Of a stretch of DNA of 61,994 bases, positions 38,027-48,100 are shown in pieces. How positions within the stretch are numbered: the first letter of the stretch is position 1; each line of letters opens with the position of its first letter. The translations under genes were made by a program, and so were the position numbers. The stretch is from the NCBI GenBank assembly GCA_045604285.1, contig JAZUNS010000122.1, positions 1-61,994 of the forward strand, given 5' to 3'. Source of the DNA: Eubacteriales bacterium. Lineage in GTDB: Bacteria > Bacillota > Clostridia > Oscillospirales > CAG-382. Below the pieces are notes generated by a model. That model was not told the DNA's origin. It searched no databases and saw only the letters and a list, made by a program, of their open reading frames with translations.

Positions 38027-40885
38027 TTATCCTTCATTAGACGGAGCGAATGTTAAAATATCCGTCGCTTTTACCGTATGGGTTCCATTATCATGGAATA
38101 CAAAATCGGAATCGCTGTAATTAATAACAATTGAATATCCATTGTCATAAGTTACGCGTGCAACGTTATAGTAATCATCGAGGAACTCGTGCTTAACTAT
38201 ACAATTATATTTAACATTGCTAAGTACATCGTTAATCTCGTGATAAGTATTGTATATATCCTCAAGCCAAATGCTGTATCTTACAGAGTAATACTTGGAA
38301 TAAGACTCATCATTCTTAAGATCGGATGTATTCTGAACTGCAACGATAAAGTAAGGAACTGCGCCACATTCTATAGTCTTCAAAACAGAGGACTGATAGT
38401 CGCCTGCCAGGTTCAAAGCTGTACCTGCATACTCAACAGAGCCGTGAAGAACCATGCTATAGAAAGGTATCTCAGTAGAGGTGTTTCTCAACAAAGAGTC
38501 TTCAAGAGGAACTTCAAGAATAAGGTCGGCGTACTTTACAGCAAAAATATTACCACCGGTAAGAAGTACGTTTTCGTTTTGCTCGCTGACTTTCTTAAGA
38601 AGTCTGTCAACGAGAACCTTGGAGTCTTCTCTATTAAGAGGATCATCTTCGTTAAAGTCAGAATTAAGATACTGACCTAAAGTAGAAACTGAAATAGCGT
38701 TAACACCGTACTCTTTGTACTCAGAATAGGTAGAATCGTAAAAGCCCATCATCTTGTTTGTAGAAATAACGCCAAGGCCGCTGTAATCGTAAGATTGATA
38801 TACGGGGTTATAAGCCTTCATGAAAGCTTTTCTGTCATCAATTGTACGAGCAAGATCCTTATCTGCGTCAAAACCGTCAAACATTTCGTCTGCTCTGGAA
38901 AGGGTAAAGTCAAAATCGGGATAAACAGTAACGCCTTTATCATGAGCATAGGAAATCAAGTCTTTAAACGAATCATCGCCACCAAGAACTTTTTCTACGT
39001 CAACGCCGGAAGGAACGTTATAATCAAGACCGCCATCCAACCAACCGTTAAGCTTAACAACGATATTATTAATCTTGCGACCAACACTATCGCCCTGAAG
39101 CATATCAATGATACTTGTCTTGATATCGTCAAAGGTGGTTAATGCTTTCATCTTGGAGTAAGGAACACCAAGAATGCGCGCGGTTGTTTCAATAGCACCC
39201 AACGTTTCAATTACAAGAGGAATATCAGCTTTATCGTCTGCTTCCATAAGAGAGATGGTGCCGTTATCAAGCAAGTAAGAACGCAAGGTATTTGCCATCG
39301 AAGAATAGCTTGTATCCTTTTCATCAAGGATAAAGATTCTAACCTTATAGTTTCTTGTATATTTACGTTTTGCTTCAACAGTCCACATTGTAGAACCGCC
39401 GGAACCACTACCACCAAGACTATATTGGTCGGTAGGACGAGGGTTAAACTTAGTGTAAGCCTGCAAATAAGGATGAGAGTTTGCAGCACAGTTAACTGAA
39501 ATGTCTGCTAAAGATTCACCCTCTTCAACGTAAGCCAAGTAGCCTCTTGCCTTTTCTGTTCCGTCTTCTGCAGCGACAACTTCAGTCATGCCGAAAACAG
39601 GAAGCCTTGCAACTTCGTTGTTGGAACCGGAAATGGTAGAGAAAGAATAATCCTGACCGTATGCAGTAGTTACTAAGGTAAATGTTTGAGATTTTGCATC
39701 TTTAAAATCAATGATAGCACCGGAGCCATCGGGATAAAGAGCAAAACCAGAGTTGTTTATGTTACCAGCACCTGCATAAGGAAGAAGATATACGTCATTA
39801 AGCTGGAAAGACGAGGAGTCGAAACGGATATTACCTGCAGAACAACGAACAACCATACCATATTTATCAAAGGTATATTCAATAGCAAGCTTGAAGGAAG
39901 CAGGAGCTTCGGTTGCAACGGTATAACCGGTTTCTGCATGGTCTTCGTCCAACTGCTCAGCAGTGTAGCCGACTTTCTTTACCCATTCTTCGATATCATC
40001 CATTACTTTACCTTGACCGGTCTTTACGTCGTAAAGATAGCATGTGCCCAACCTATTAACTGCATTTACAACATAATCGGGTTCGCCGGAAAGGTCATCT
40101 TTGCTTATAGGTCTGTAAGGAGCCTTAGCTCTTTCAGAATAGAAATCAAAATTATCGGGATAATCAATGAGCAACTGAGCGTCAACTTTTTCCATCAAAG
40201 CCAAATACTTTTCTTCGGTAATGAAGAAAGGAAGTATACGCTTAACTGCCTGTTCACCAACAGCGTATTCAACTCTGGCACCGTTCTTTATGCCGGAAAT
40301 CTTAATCTGATCGAACAATGCGGACTCTTCAAAGCTATAATACTTATCAGCAACACCGTTTTGAGTGTAATCGATTATAAGCTGAGAATAAAGCTGTGCC
40401 TTGATAGATGTAGCTGCTGTAATACTGCCTATAGCGTAGGGGTTGGTAGACCACTGACCACAGAAGTCATAAATAGCCGTAACTTCATTGCCCTTTAAGT
40501 CTAAAATCGTTTTGTCCGCATAATCGGGATGCAAATCGGGCTTTTTGTCGCCATCAGCATCAACGAGTTTAAGGCAAATAAGCTCACCCGTTAAATCATC
40601 AACATATAACGCATAAGCAGGTGTACCGTCAGCATCATTGTGAGCATACACAAACTTCATGGAAGGTATGCCACCATTAATAACATCAGCGGTAGGTCCG
40701 TCAGCGTATATGCGCTCTACAATGCTTGCGTAAGGAGCAATCATATAAGCCGCTTCAAGCTTATCCCATTTATCAACCGCTTCACCTTCTTCTTCAGCAA
40801 AAACGGTAATAAAACCACAACAAGGGATACACAAAGCCAATACTACGAACAAGGCAATAACTGATAATAATTTATTCATCTTCAT
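38027..40885 (-). CDS. Large (~950 aa) secreted/anchored protein of unknown function, possibly glycoside-hydrolase-like (resembles what I recall as DUF5696; unverified)
   Basis: It has an N-terminal signal/anchor (MKMNKLLSVIALFVVLAL..) and a long uninterrupted ORF. The C-terminal half has alternating beta/alpha-like motifs (VVKLNGWLDGG, VTVYPDFDF, NAISVSTLG, LLTGGN). The start is uncertain (40885 vs 40909). Confidence 0.75.
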   Translation of the reverse strand: MKMNKLLSVIALFVVLALCIPCCGFITVFAEEEGEAVDKWDKLEAAYMIAPYASIVERIYADGPTADVINGGIPSMKFVYAHNDADGTPAYALYVDDLTGELICLKLVDADGDKKPDLHPDYADKTILDLKGNEVTAIYDFCGQWSTNPYAIGSITAATSIKAQLYSQLIIDYTQNGVADKYYSFEESALFDQIKISGIKNGARVEYAVGEQAVKRILPFFITEEKYLALMEKVDAQLLIDYPDNFDFYSERAKAPYRPISKDDLSGEPDYVVNAVNRLGTCYLYDVKTGQGKVMDDIEEWVKKVGYTAEQLDEDHAETGYTVATEAPASFKLAIEYTFDKYGMVVRCSAGNIRFDSSSFQLNDVYLLPYAGAGNINNSGFALYPDGSGAIIDFKDAKSQTFTLVTTAYGQDYSFSTISGSNNEVARLPVFGMTEVVAAEDGTEKARGYLAYVEEGESLADISVNCAANSHPYLQAYTKFNPRPTDQYSLGGSGSGGSTMWTVEAKRKYTRNYKVRIFILDEKDTSYSSMANTLRSYLLDNGTISLMEADDKADIPLVIETLGAIETTARILGVPYSKMKALTTFDDIKTSIIDMLQGDSVGRKINNIVVKLNGWLDGGLDYNVPSGVDVEKVLGGDDSFKDLISYAHDKGVTVYPDFDFTLSRADEMFDGFDADKDLARTIDDRKAFMKAYNPVYQSYDYSGLGVISTNKMMGFYDSTYSEYKEYGVNAISVSTLGQYLNSDFNEDDPLNREDSKVLVDRLLKKVSEQNENVLLTGGNIFAVKYADLILEVPLEDSLLRNTSTEIPFYSMVLHGSVEYAGTALNLAGDYQSSVLKTIECGAVPYFIVAVQNTSDLKNDESYSKYYSVRYSIWLEDIYNTYHEINDVLSNVKYNCIVKHEFLDDYYNVARVTYDNGYSIVINYSDSDFVFHDNGTHTVKATDILTFAPSNEG

Positions 40886-40889
40886 AAAA

Positions 40890-43226
40890 TTATCTACCTG
40901 CCTTTCCATAAGTATCTTTAAGCTTTTTTATACCCTTATTTGCAAATACGAATATAGCTATCACTGCAACAACTATAACTACCGTAAGAATAGCATTAAG
41001 GGGTTTGGTGAAGAATTCACCGATCTCTTCAGTTGTGCCTCTAAGCTTCAATTCTACGAAAATAGTATAGACGAAAGAAGCTATTTTTTGAACAAGGCTA
41101 GTAAACAGTATGCCGATGAACATAATAAATGCCATACCAACTATACTACCTACTATCGTTATCAAATTCTTGAAAAGCGCATAGTCGTGAATTACCATTA
41201 CGCCGAAGAACAGAAGCATCAAAGCCCAAACGAAACCAAAAGAGGTCAAAAGATTAACCAAACCTTGCTCGTCAAGGATGGTAACATTTGAAAGCAAAAC
41301 TGAAGGTATAATCGTCAAGGGAAGAGGAAGAAGTGCATAACAGGTAGTGATATACACATCCTTCAAGCTACCTTCACCCTCGAACAGCGTGGTCAAGCAC
41401 CAGTTAGCAGCAACCCAAAGCGCAACGGGCATTAACACTGAAAGAATAGACATGAAGATACTGGATTCTTCATTATAAGGATTATAAAGGTAGCCTTTAC
41501 CCATTGCTTGATACACAAAAGCAACAACAGTAATACCGAGGATAGTTGTAGCACCCTTTATAGAACCACGCTTTTCATGTTTCAAATCCCAGAAACCATC
41601 GAAAGGATGGGTTAGGATATGGAAAGCATAAAAAACTTCTTCCTTAAGAGTTCTCTTTTCTTTGTAAACAAGACCCTTTTTGTTGACCTTAGTTATATAT
41701 TTCATACACTTGCTAAGAAGAACAAGTGCAACAACTACAACAACAGGGATAAGATATACCCACTTTTCAATCCATTGCTTACGTAAAGCTGCATAAGCAA
41801 TAGAGTAGTTTTCGGTATCATAAGCAAGCTTACAATACTTCATGGATTCTTCATAATCACCATCACGATACAAACTTTGGGCAATGCCTATGTAAGCACT
41901 ATCGTAATTGTTATTGTGCTGAAGTATGGTCTTGTAATACTCTACAGATAAATCGTAATTCTGATCCAAAGTGTTCTGAAGAGCAGCTGCAACGAGATCG
42001 CCGTATTCGGTTCTTTCGTAAACAGTTATAATATTAAGGTCGCTAAGCACAAGAATCTTAGAACCCTGGTAGGCGATAGCGTTAAACGTTGTACCCTGCC
42101 CTATTTGTTCACCTTTATCACCAAAGGCGAACAGCAAGTTGCCGTTATTATCATAAGTGAATATACGGCTACGCTTTTGGTCGATTATACTCCACATACC
42201 GGAGGGCCCAAGGGCTACGTCAACTATTACAGAAGCGCCGGTCACGGTGTTTTCTGCAGTTGCGATAACATTAACGTCAACCTCACCGGAAGGAGGATAA
42301 AAGCCATTTCTTCTCATAACGTCACTACCGTTAGGATTCAGCTTTTTAACGGGAGCATAGTCAGCAGATTTATCACGGTTAGTAATTGCGTTCTGCTGTT
42401 CAGCTGCGTCAATGGAAGAAGTAGTAACATACAAGAAGCCTTCAGAGTCGATCGTGATATTGTTATACTCTGTAGGAACGAACTTTTCACCTGCAGCAAT
42501 TTGTTCTTCTGAAAGGAACAAGGAACGCCACAGAATTGTAAAAGCGTTATAGGAAACTTTCTGAGGACCTATAAAGTTATTGAATGAACCATCACGGTTA
42601 AGGGAAATAACGCCGTAGTTTGTACTTTGAGAAACTACATAAACACGACCGGCTTGGTCAGCAGCTACTGCGATAGGTGTGTAAATGCTATTCTCGGGCA
42701 TTACGTCACTGGAAGGTTCGGGAACGATGCAAACAAAATTACCGAGCTTATCAAAAATAACGATACGCTTATTCTTAGTATCGGCTACATACACTTCAGT
42801 ATCGGAAACATACAGACCGGTAGGGCCTGACAAAGAATCGGCAACGCCTTCATCATTTACGAAATCGCTAATAATGAACTTAAGTGCATAATTCTCATCA
42901 AGAACTTTAATGTTGTTCTTTATAGAGTCGGAGATATAAACGTTATTTTCGTTGTCTGTACAAATATCCTCAATTGCGCCAAATGCCAATTGGTCGGAAG
43001 TGTACATGCTGCTTGCATTCTCATTTGCACCTGCTTCAAACTGCTTAAGAACGGAATTGGCTGTAATAAGAGTTGAAGATACATACGCATGGGGACTTTG
43101 AACCATCTTACCGTTTACGTCATAAGTATAAGTGGTATACGGAACAATCGCACTTGCCGATATGCAACCGAGAAGCATAACAAAGCAAAACGAAATGGAA
43201 ATGAATTTAATTAATCGTTTTTTCAT
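40890..43226 (-). CDS. Lipoprotein NHL-repeat propeller / TPR-like / Yip1-like multi-pass membrane fusion protein
   Basis: Lipobox MLLGC. It has repeated NHL-like blades (VYISDSIKNNIKVLD, VYVADTKNKRIVIFDKLGNF, VYVVSQSTNYGVISLNRDGSF, RIFTYDNNGNLLFAFG) and a TPR-like stretch (aa 410-485). About 7 TM segments follow, with a Yip1-like core. Confidence 0.72.
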   Translation of the reverse strand: MKKRLIKFISISFCFVMLLGCISASAIVPYTTYTYDVNGKMVQSPHAYVSSTLITANSVLKQFEAGANENASSMYTSDQLAFGAIEDICTDNENNVYISDSIKNNIKVLDENYALKFIISDFVNDEGVADSLSGPTGLYVSDTEVYVADTKNKRIVIFDKLGNFVCIVPEPSSDVMPENSIYTPIAVAADQAGRVYVVSQSTNYGVISLNRDGSFNNFIGPQKVSYNAFTILWRSLFLSEEQIAAGEKFVPTEYNNITIDSEGFLYVTTSSIDAAEQQNAITNRDKSADYAPVKKLNPNGSDVMRRNGFYPPSGEVDVNVIATAENTVTGASVIVDVALGPSGMWSIIDQKRSRIFTYDNNGNLLFAFGDKGEQIGQGTTFNAIAYQGSKILVLSDLNIITVYERTEYGDLVAAALQNTLDQNYDLSVEYYKTILQHNNNYDSAYIGIAQSLYRDGDYEESMKYCKLAYDTENYSIAYAALRKQWIEKWVYLIPVVVVVALVLLSKCMKYITKVNKKGLVYKEKRTLKEEVFYAFHILTHPFDGFWDLKHEKRGSIKGATTILGITVVAFVYQAMGKGYLYNPYNEESSIFMSILSVLMPVALWVAANWCLTTLFEGEGSLKDVYITTCYALLPLPLTIIPSVLLSNVTILDEQGLVNLLTSFGFVWALMLLFFGVMVIHDYALFKNLITIVGSIVGMAFIMFIGILFTSLVQKIASFVYTIFVELKLRGTTEEIGEFFTKPLNAILTVVIVVAVIAIFVFANKGIKKLKDTYGKAGR

Positions 43227-43241
43227 GTTATCCTCCTTATT

Positions 43242-44129
43242 TTAGTCCTTCATACCGGAAGTAGACATTGTTTGAATTACATTACTTTGAGTAATGATAA
43301 ATACGATAATAGGAACTATCATGGTAACAACAGTAGATGCAGCGGAAGCACCTGCTCTCGCTATACCTGCAGAAACAACCTGGCTTATAGCGTAGTTAAA
43401 AGTTTTAAGCTGTTCGCTATAAATGTAGGTACTTGTACCACTGTTCCACAAACCATTGAATGCAAATATAATCAAGGTAACCCACGCAGGCTTAACCATG
43501 GGCATTGCAATGGTCCAGAAAATTCTCATTTCGCTGGCACCTTCAAGACGGGCAGACTCAAGAACGGGGTCAGATACGGATGTTTCCATAAACTGCTTCA
43601 TCAAGTACAAGCCATACGTTGTACACCATGCAGGAACTATAAGCGCCCAATAGGTATCGATCATACCGAAGATAGACATTGTTATAAAGTTGGTTATACC
43701 TGTAACTGTAGAGTTAAACATCAAGGAATAAACAACTATCTTAAAGAAGAATTTTCTACCGGGGAAAGCTATCTTCGCCAAGGCGTATGCCGCAAGAGAG
43801 GAGAACAGTACGTTGCCTGCGGTACCGACTACTGAAATAAACACGGTATTAAATATGTAGCGTGAAAAAGGTACCCAAGCGTCACCCAACATTCTGAACA
43901 AGTCGGTATAGTTTTTGCCGGTGGGATGTTCAACAAACACTCTGGGCGGGAACCGCCACAGCTCATCAAGAGGCTTGAGGGACTGTGAAATGGCATAAAT
44001 CATAGGGAAAATCATTACAACGCCGAACAAAGCGAGGAAGAAAAATATACCTGCATCGCCGCCGGCAGAGCGATTTAAACGCTTAGGTTTGTCGCCCTTC
44101 TTTTGCGCTCTGGTTAATTTCTTAGCCAT
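43242..44129 (-). CDS. Binding-protein-dependent ABC permease (MalG/LplC-like), first pair
   Basis: Polytopic protein with EAA loop ESARLEGASEMRIFWTIAMP. Confidence 0.9.
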   Translation of the reverse strand: MAKKLTRAQKKGDKPKRLNRSAGGDAGIFFFLALFGVVMIFPMIYAISQSLKPLDELWRFPPRVFVEHPTGKNYTDLFRMLGDAWVPFSRYIFNTVFISVVGTAGNVLFSSLAAYALAKIAFPGRKFFFKIVVYSLMFNSTVTGITNFITMSIFGMIDTYWALIVPAWCTTYGLYLMKQFMETSVSDPVLESARLEGASEMRIFWTIAMPMVKPAWVTLIIFAFNGLWNSGTSTYIYSEQLKTFNYAISQVVSAGIARAGASAASTVVTMIVPIIVFIITQSNVIQTMSTSGMKD

Positions 44130-44134
44130 ATTTC

Positions 44135-45082
44135 TTATGTACCCACCTTTCTCAACATTTTGGTAACGAGGGCGTTTGCACCAACCATCATGAGGAACAA
44201 GATGGTTGCAATTGCAGATGCATAACCCATTTCAAAACGTGATCCACCGTAGTCCTGGAGATGGTGCATTATGGTATGCACACAATAGTCAGGGCTGGGG
44301 AAACCTACAAGCGCAGTTATAACGGCGCCGAAGCCAAAGGAGTTGGTTATCGCCAAGATAGCACCGAGCATAAGCTGAGGCTTCATAGTAGGAAGGGTGA
44401 TATACCAAAGTTCCTGGAAACGATGCTTAATACCGTCAACCGCACCTGCTTCGTACAAAGACTTATCAACAACCTGGAAACCTGCGATAAACGTAAGGAA
44501 CGAAGTACCCAAGCTGGTCCAAAGAGCAACTACAATTACCAACGGGAATATGTAATCAGTATCCTGGAACCAAAGCACAGGGGAATTGATAAAGCCTAAC
44601 TGCATAAGCCAGGAGTTAACAAGACCGTATTGGTCGCCGGAGAACAGCAACGTCCAAATGAGGTATACGTTACCTGCTATGGAAGGTGCATAGAATATAA
44701 GGGTTACAAATGCTCTAAGCTTAGGCTTAAGCTCATTTATAAACCATGCGATAAACAAAGATAACAAATAAGATACGGGGCCGGTTATGCATGCAAAAAT
44801 GAACGTATTTTTAATAGATAAAAGGAAAATATCGTCATCGAGGAAAAGTCTGATATAGTTATCAAACCAAACAAGATCCGGCCACTCAAGCATGTTGAAC
44901 GTAGTAAAACTGAGAACCACGGAAAGGATAACGGGAACTACAGTGAATGTGAAGAAAAGAAGGAAGAACGGAGCAATCATAAGATATGCTACTTTATACT
45001 TTTTCATTTCTATCCAAGTCCACTGGAGCTTTGATTTGTCTCTTCTAAGCACAGGCTGCTCAGAAATTGTCTTTTGTTCCAT
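44135..45082 (-). CDS. Binding-protein-dependent ABC permease (MalF/LplB-like), first pair
   Basis: Polytopic protein with EAA loop YEAGAVDGIKHRFQELWYITLP. Confidence 0.9.
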   Translation of the reverse strand: MEQKTISEQPVLRRDKSKLQWTWIEMKKYKVAYLMIAPFFLLFFTFTVVPVILSVVLSFTTFNMLEWPDLVWFDNYIRLFLDDDIFLLSIKNTFIFACITGPVSYLLSLFIAWFINELKPKLRAFVTLIFYAPSIAGNVYLIWTLLFSGDQYGLVNSWLMQLGFINSPVLWFQDTDYIFPLVIVVALWTSLGTSFLTFIAGFQVVDKSLYEAGAVDGIKHRFQELWYITLPTMKPQLMLGAILAITNSFGFGAVITALVGFPSPDYCVHTIMHHLQDYGGSRFEMGYASAIATILFLMMVGANALVTKMLRKVGT

Positions 45083-45120
45083 ATTACATCTCCTTGAATA
45101 ATTTAATGAAAAGTATCGCC

Positions 45121-48100
45121 TTAATCATCCAGAGGATAATCTTCAGCTATAGGCAGATCAAACTCTTGCCTCTTTCTTGAAAGCTCTGCATTAATTGTAG
45201 TTATGTAGGACTGCAACTTTTCAACAGGTTCGTCATCATCATTGTAAACACCCAAGAACGCAAATTGTGCATAACGAGCAATTATGTAACCACCGGGATA
45301 TTCGGGAGTACAAGTAATGTTCTGGAACTGTGCAAAAAGTCTGTCATACTCAGCCTTAGACCAAGGCATGGAGTAGAGTGCTTCCATGTTAGCGGTGTTC
45401 TGCTTTGCGGAAGGACCGAGAAGAGCTTCCATCTCGTTACCGTAGCTACTTTGTGCATCAGCGCTGGACCACCACTGCATAAATACGTATGTAGCAAATT
45501 CGTTTCCACGCTCTTCAACAGAACGCAACATCATCATGGTTGTAACGGTACCAACAGAAGTATTGTTAATGATACCGGTCTTTTCATCAATAGTGCCGGG
45601 CAGCGGAACGAATTCCCACATACCGTTAATTTCAGGCGCAAATACTATAAGCTGGTTGTATGCCGTATAATCAGCAACTGCAATGGGCATTTCACCGGAG
45701 CGGAAACGGTTTGCAAAGTCATAGGTTACGGGGAAATCATACATCGTGTAAAGCTGGCAAACGTCTTCAAAACATGCCAATGCAGTTTCGTCATCAAGGT
45801 TGATTGTCATACCGTCGGTTTTAGGAACCTCAAGAGAAACAAGCTCACCGGTGTTTTCATCAACATAAGTCTTAATGTATGTGTTGCCGCTTTCCTTTAA
45901 CTTTTTCCAATATTCTTCGTTGTTCTTATAGGCATCATAATTGCCTTCATCGTACATCGTTATACCCTTTTGGTACATCCAAATCGTAGAGCCGGTAACA
46001 CCGGAGGGGAAACCGATTTCCAACTTGTTGGACTGTAAGGTATAAATCATCTGATAGAACTCATCCCAGGTATAAGGAACGGTCAAATCAAGTTCTGCTA
46101 ATATGTCTTTTCTGTAGAACATCATATAGAATGACATATTTTCAGGAATACCATACATCTTGCCGTAAAGTGTAAGGGGTACGGTAGCCTGTTCAGCAAA
46201 ACGTTCTTTTACTTCATCAATGGTATCAACTCTCCAATCAAGAGCGCCATCTTCAGTGTAAAGAATATTGCCTTTTTCATCCTTATAGTATTTGCTGAAA
46301 TATTCGTCATCTTCATAGGCAGAGAAATCATTAAAGTTGTAACCTTTAACATCATCACCCTGCTTATATTCGGTTGTATCATTTAGAGCCATTACCGCTG
46401 AACGAATTGCGTAGTTGATTGCCTCCGTCTGTGCATTACCCAAAGCAACGTCAGGGCCGGTGCCTGCGAGGGTGGAAGGCAACAACGTACCTGCAGCAAC
46501 CAGTTTAACTTTTATATCAATACCGGGATACAAAGTCGTAAACTTATCGTCAACCAAATTTCTCAAAATAGAAGCCTGGTCACGACCGGTAGTAACCCAA
46601 ACCTCAACGGTATGTTCTTGGTCGGTTTCCTCAGTGCCTTCACCGGAAGAACTACTAATAGAAGTATAATCGGTGAAGAAGGACATCACAAACTTAAGAA
46701 TTTCCTGCCACAGTTCTCTAAAGAAACCGGCTTCTGCTTCGGGAAGTGCATCAGCAGGAGACATAAATCTAAAGTAGTCGATATTTAAGGGCTGATTCTG
46801 GGTTTGTGTAAGCCAAGTACCCAAAGAACCACTTTGTGTTTTCAAATCATCCATCAAAGAAGCGATCTTAGAAGGATCATTACCCATCTGGCTAACGGTG
46901 TAAGCAACTTTCTCAAGGGTTACAGAGTGATCACCAGGGCCCATAGCAGCTACGAGCTTATCATAAATATCATAAAGATTTTCTGCCTCAGTCCTCAAAC
47001 CTCTAACAACCTCGGGCAGAGTACGCTCAAAGCTGTAGTCACGATATTCGTCAGGATCGGGACCGGTAATCATCAATATCTTTCTGTAGTAAGAGTTTAT
47101 ATTATTAAGAGAAACTTCAACGTCGCTAAGAAGACCGGCCATCTCGCCAAGAACGACCTCAAGTCTGATTGTATACGTATGGTCTTTTTCCAAATAGAAT
47201 TTGAAATCAGTATTCCCGTCGGAGAGAACACCGGTCTGCCATACGTCGCTGTAATCGAAACGCAAAGCTGCAGCTTCAGCAAAAGGAATTTCACCATCGA
47301 TATACAGTCTTCTGGAAACAAAAACGCCGGAGTAGAAGTCCTGTATAGAACGAGTTACTATGTTATAAAAGCCGGTTTCGGGAACAGTAACCTGCCACTC
47401 AATCCACTGACCAACATACTGCCACTTGTCGCCGCCTATTTCATTAAGGAGTGTACAAGATACGTCCTGAGGTTCAGTGTAAGCGGAAGTTCTGTCGCTG
47501 GTTTGGTATATTGTGTTAGAAGAAGTTTTATATGTATCTTCACCTTGAACAGAAACACAAGTACCGGAAGTTACGTCCTTTGCATCCTTATGAGCCTCAA
47601 GATACTCCTCATAAGACTGTGCGCTCTTTACAGGGACAAAAGAGAGTGCAGACAGAACGAGAGGCTCTCTGATAGCGTCAAGGGTAACCGTATGGGTAGA
47701 GCCGGCTTCAAGATAAAACATAAGGGGCTCAGAAGCATAGCCGGTGGAATCGTAAATCTTAGTAGTTACCCATTCTGCAAGCAGTTCCTTATCAGGCTTC
47801 TTTTCGTTATCATTGCCATCTACAACGAAAAGGGTTTTACCGTTTTTCTTAGCTTCTTCCAAAGCCTTGAAATACGCCTCTTCATTGGAATAAATAGCAA
47901 CTTTACCTTTAACACACTTATCGCAGCCTTCCTTGCTACCGTTGCAATTCTCGCACTTTAAATAGTAAGTGTCAAGCCAAGTACGCTGAAATTCTACAGA
48001 ACGCGCTTCCTTATAGGGAATCGCACCGTCGATAAGTATCTTTCTTTCAATAGCGGAGTTCTTTGCAGTAATATTCAACAAATCAGCACCGCATTCTTTA

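Noticed and set aside
36004-47961. Several 240-385-aa plus-strand ORFs (36004..36726, 39686..40498, 46804..47961) inside the ABC/Yip1 operon, and similar ones in purL (18390..19124) and nadC (3399..3899)
   Set aside because: All are in codon register with the opposite-strand gene. They lack RBSs and give compositionally odd proteins, so they are shadow ORFs.
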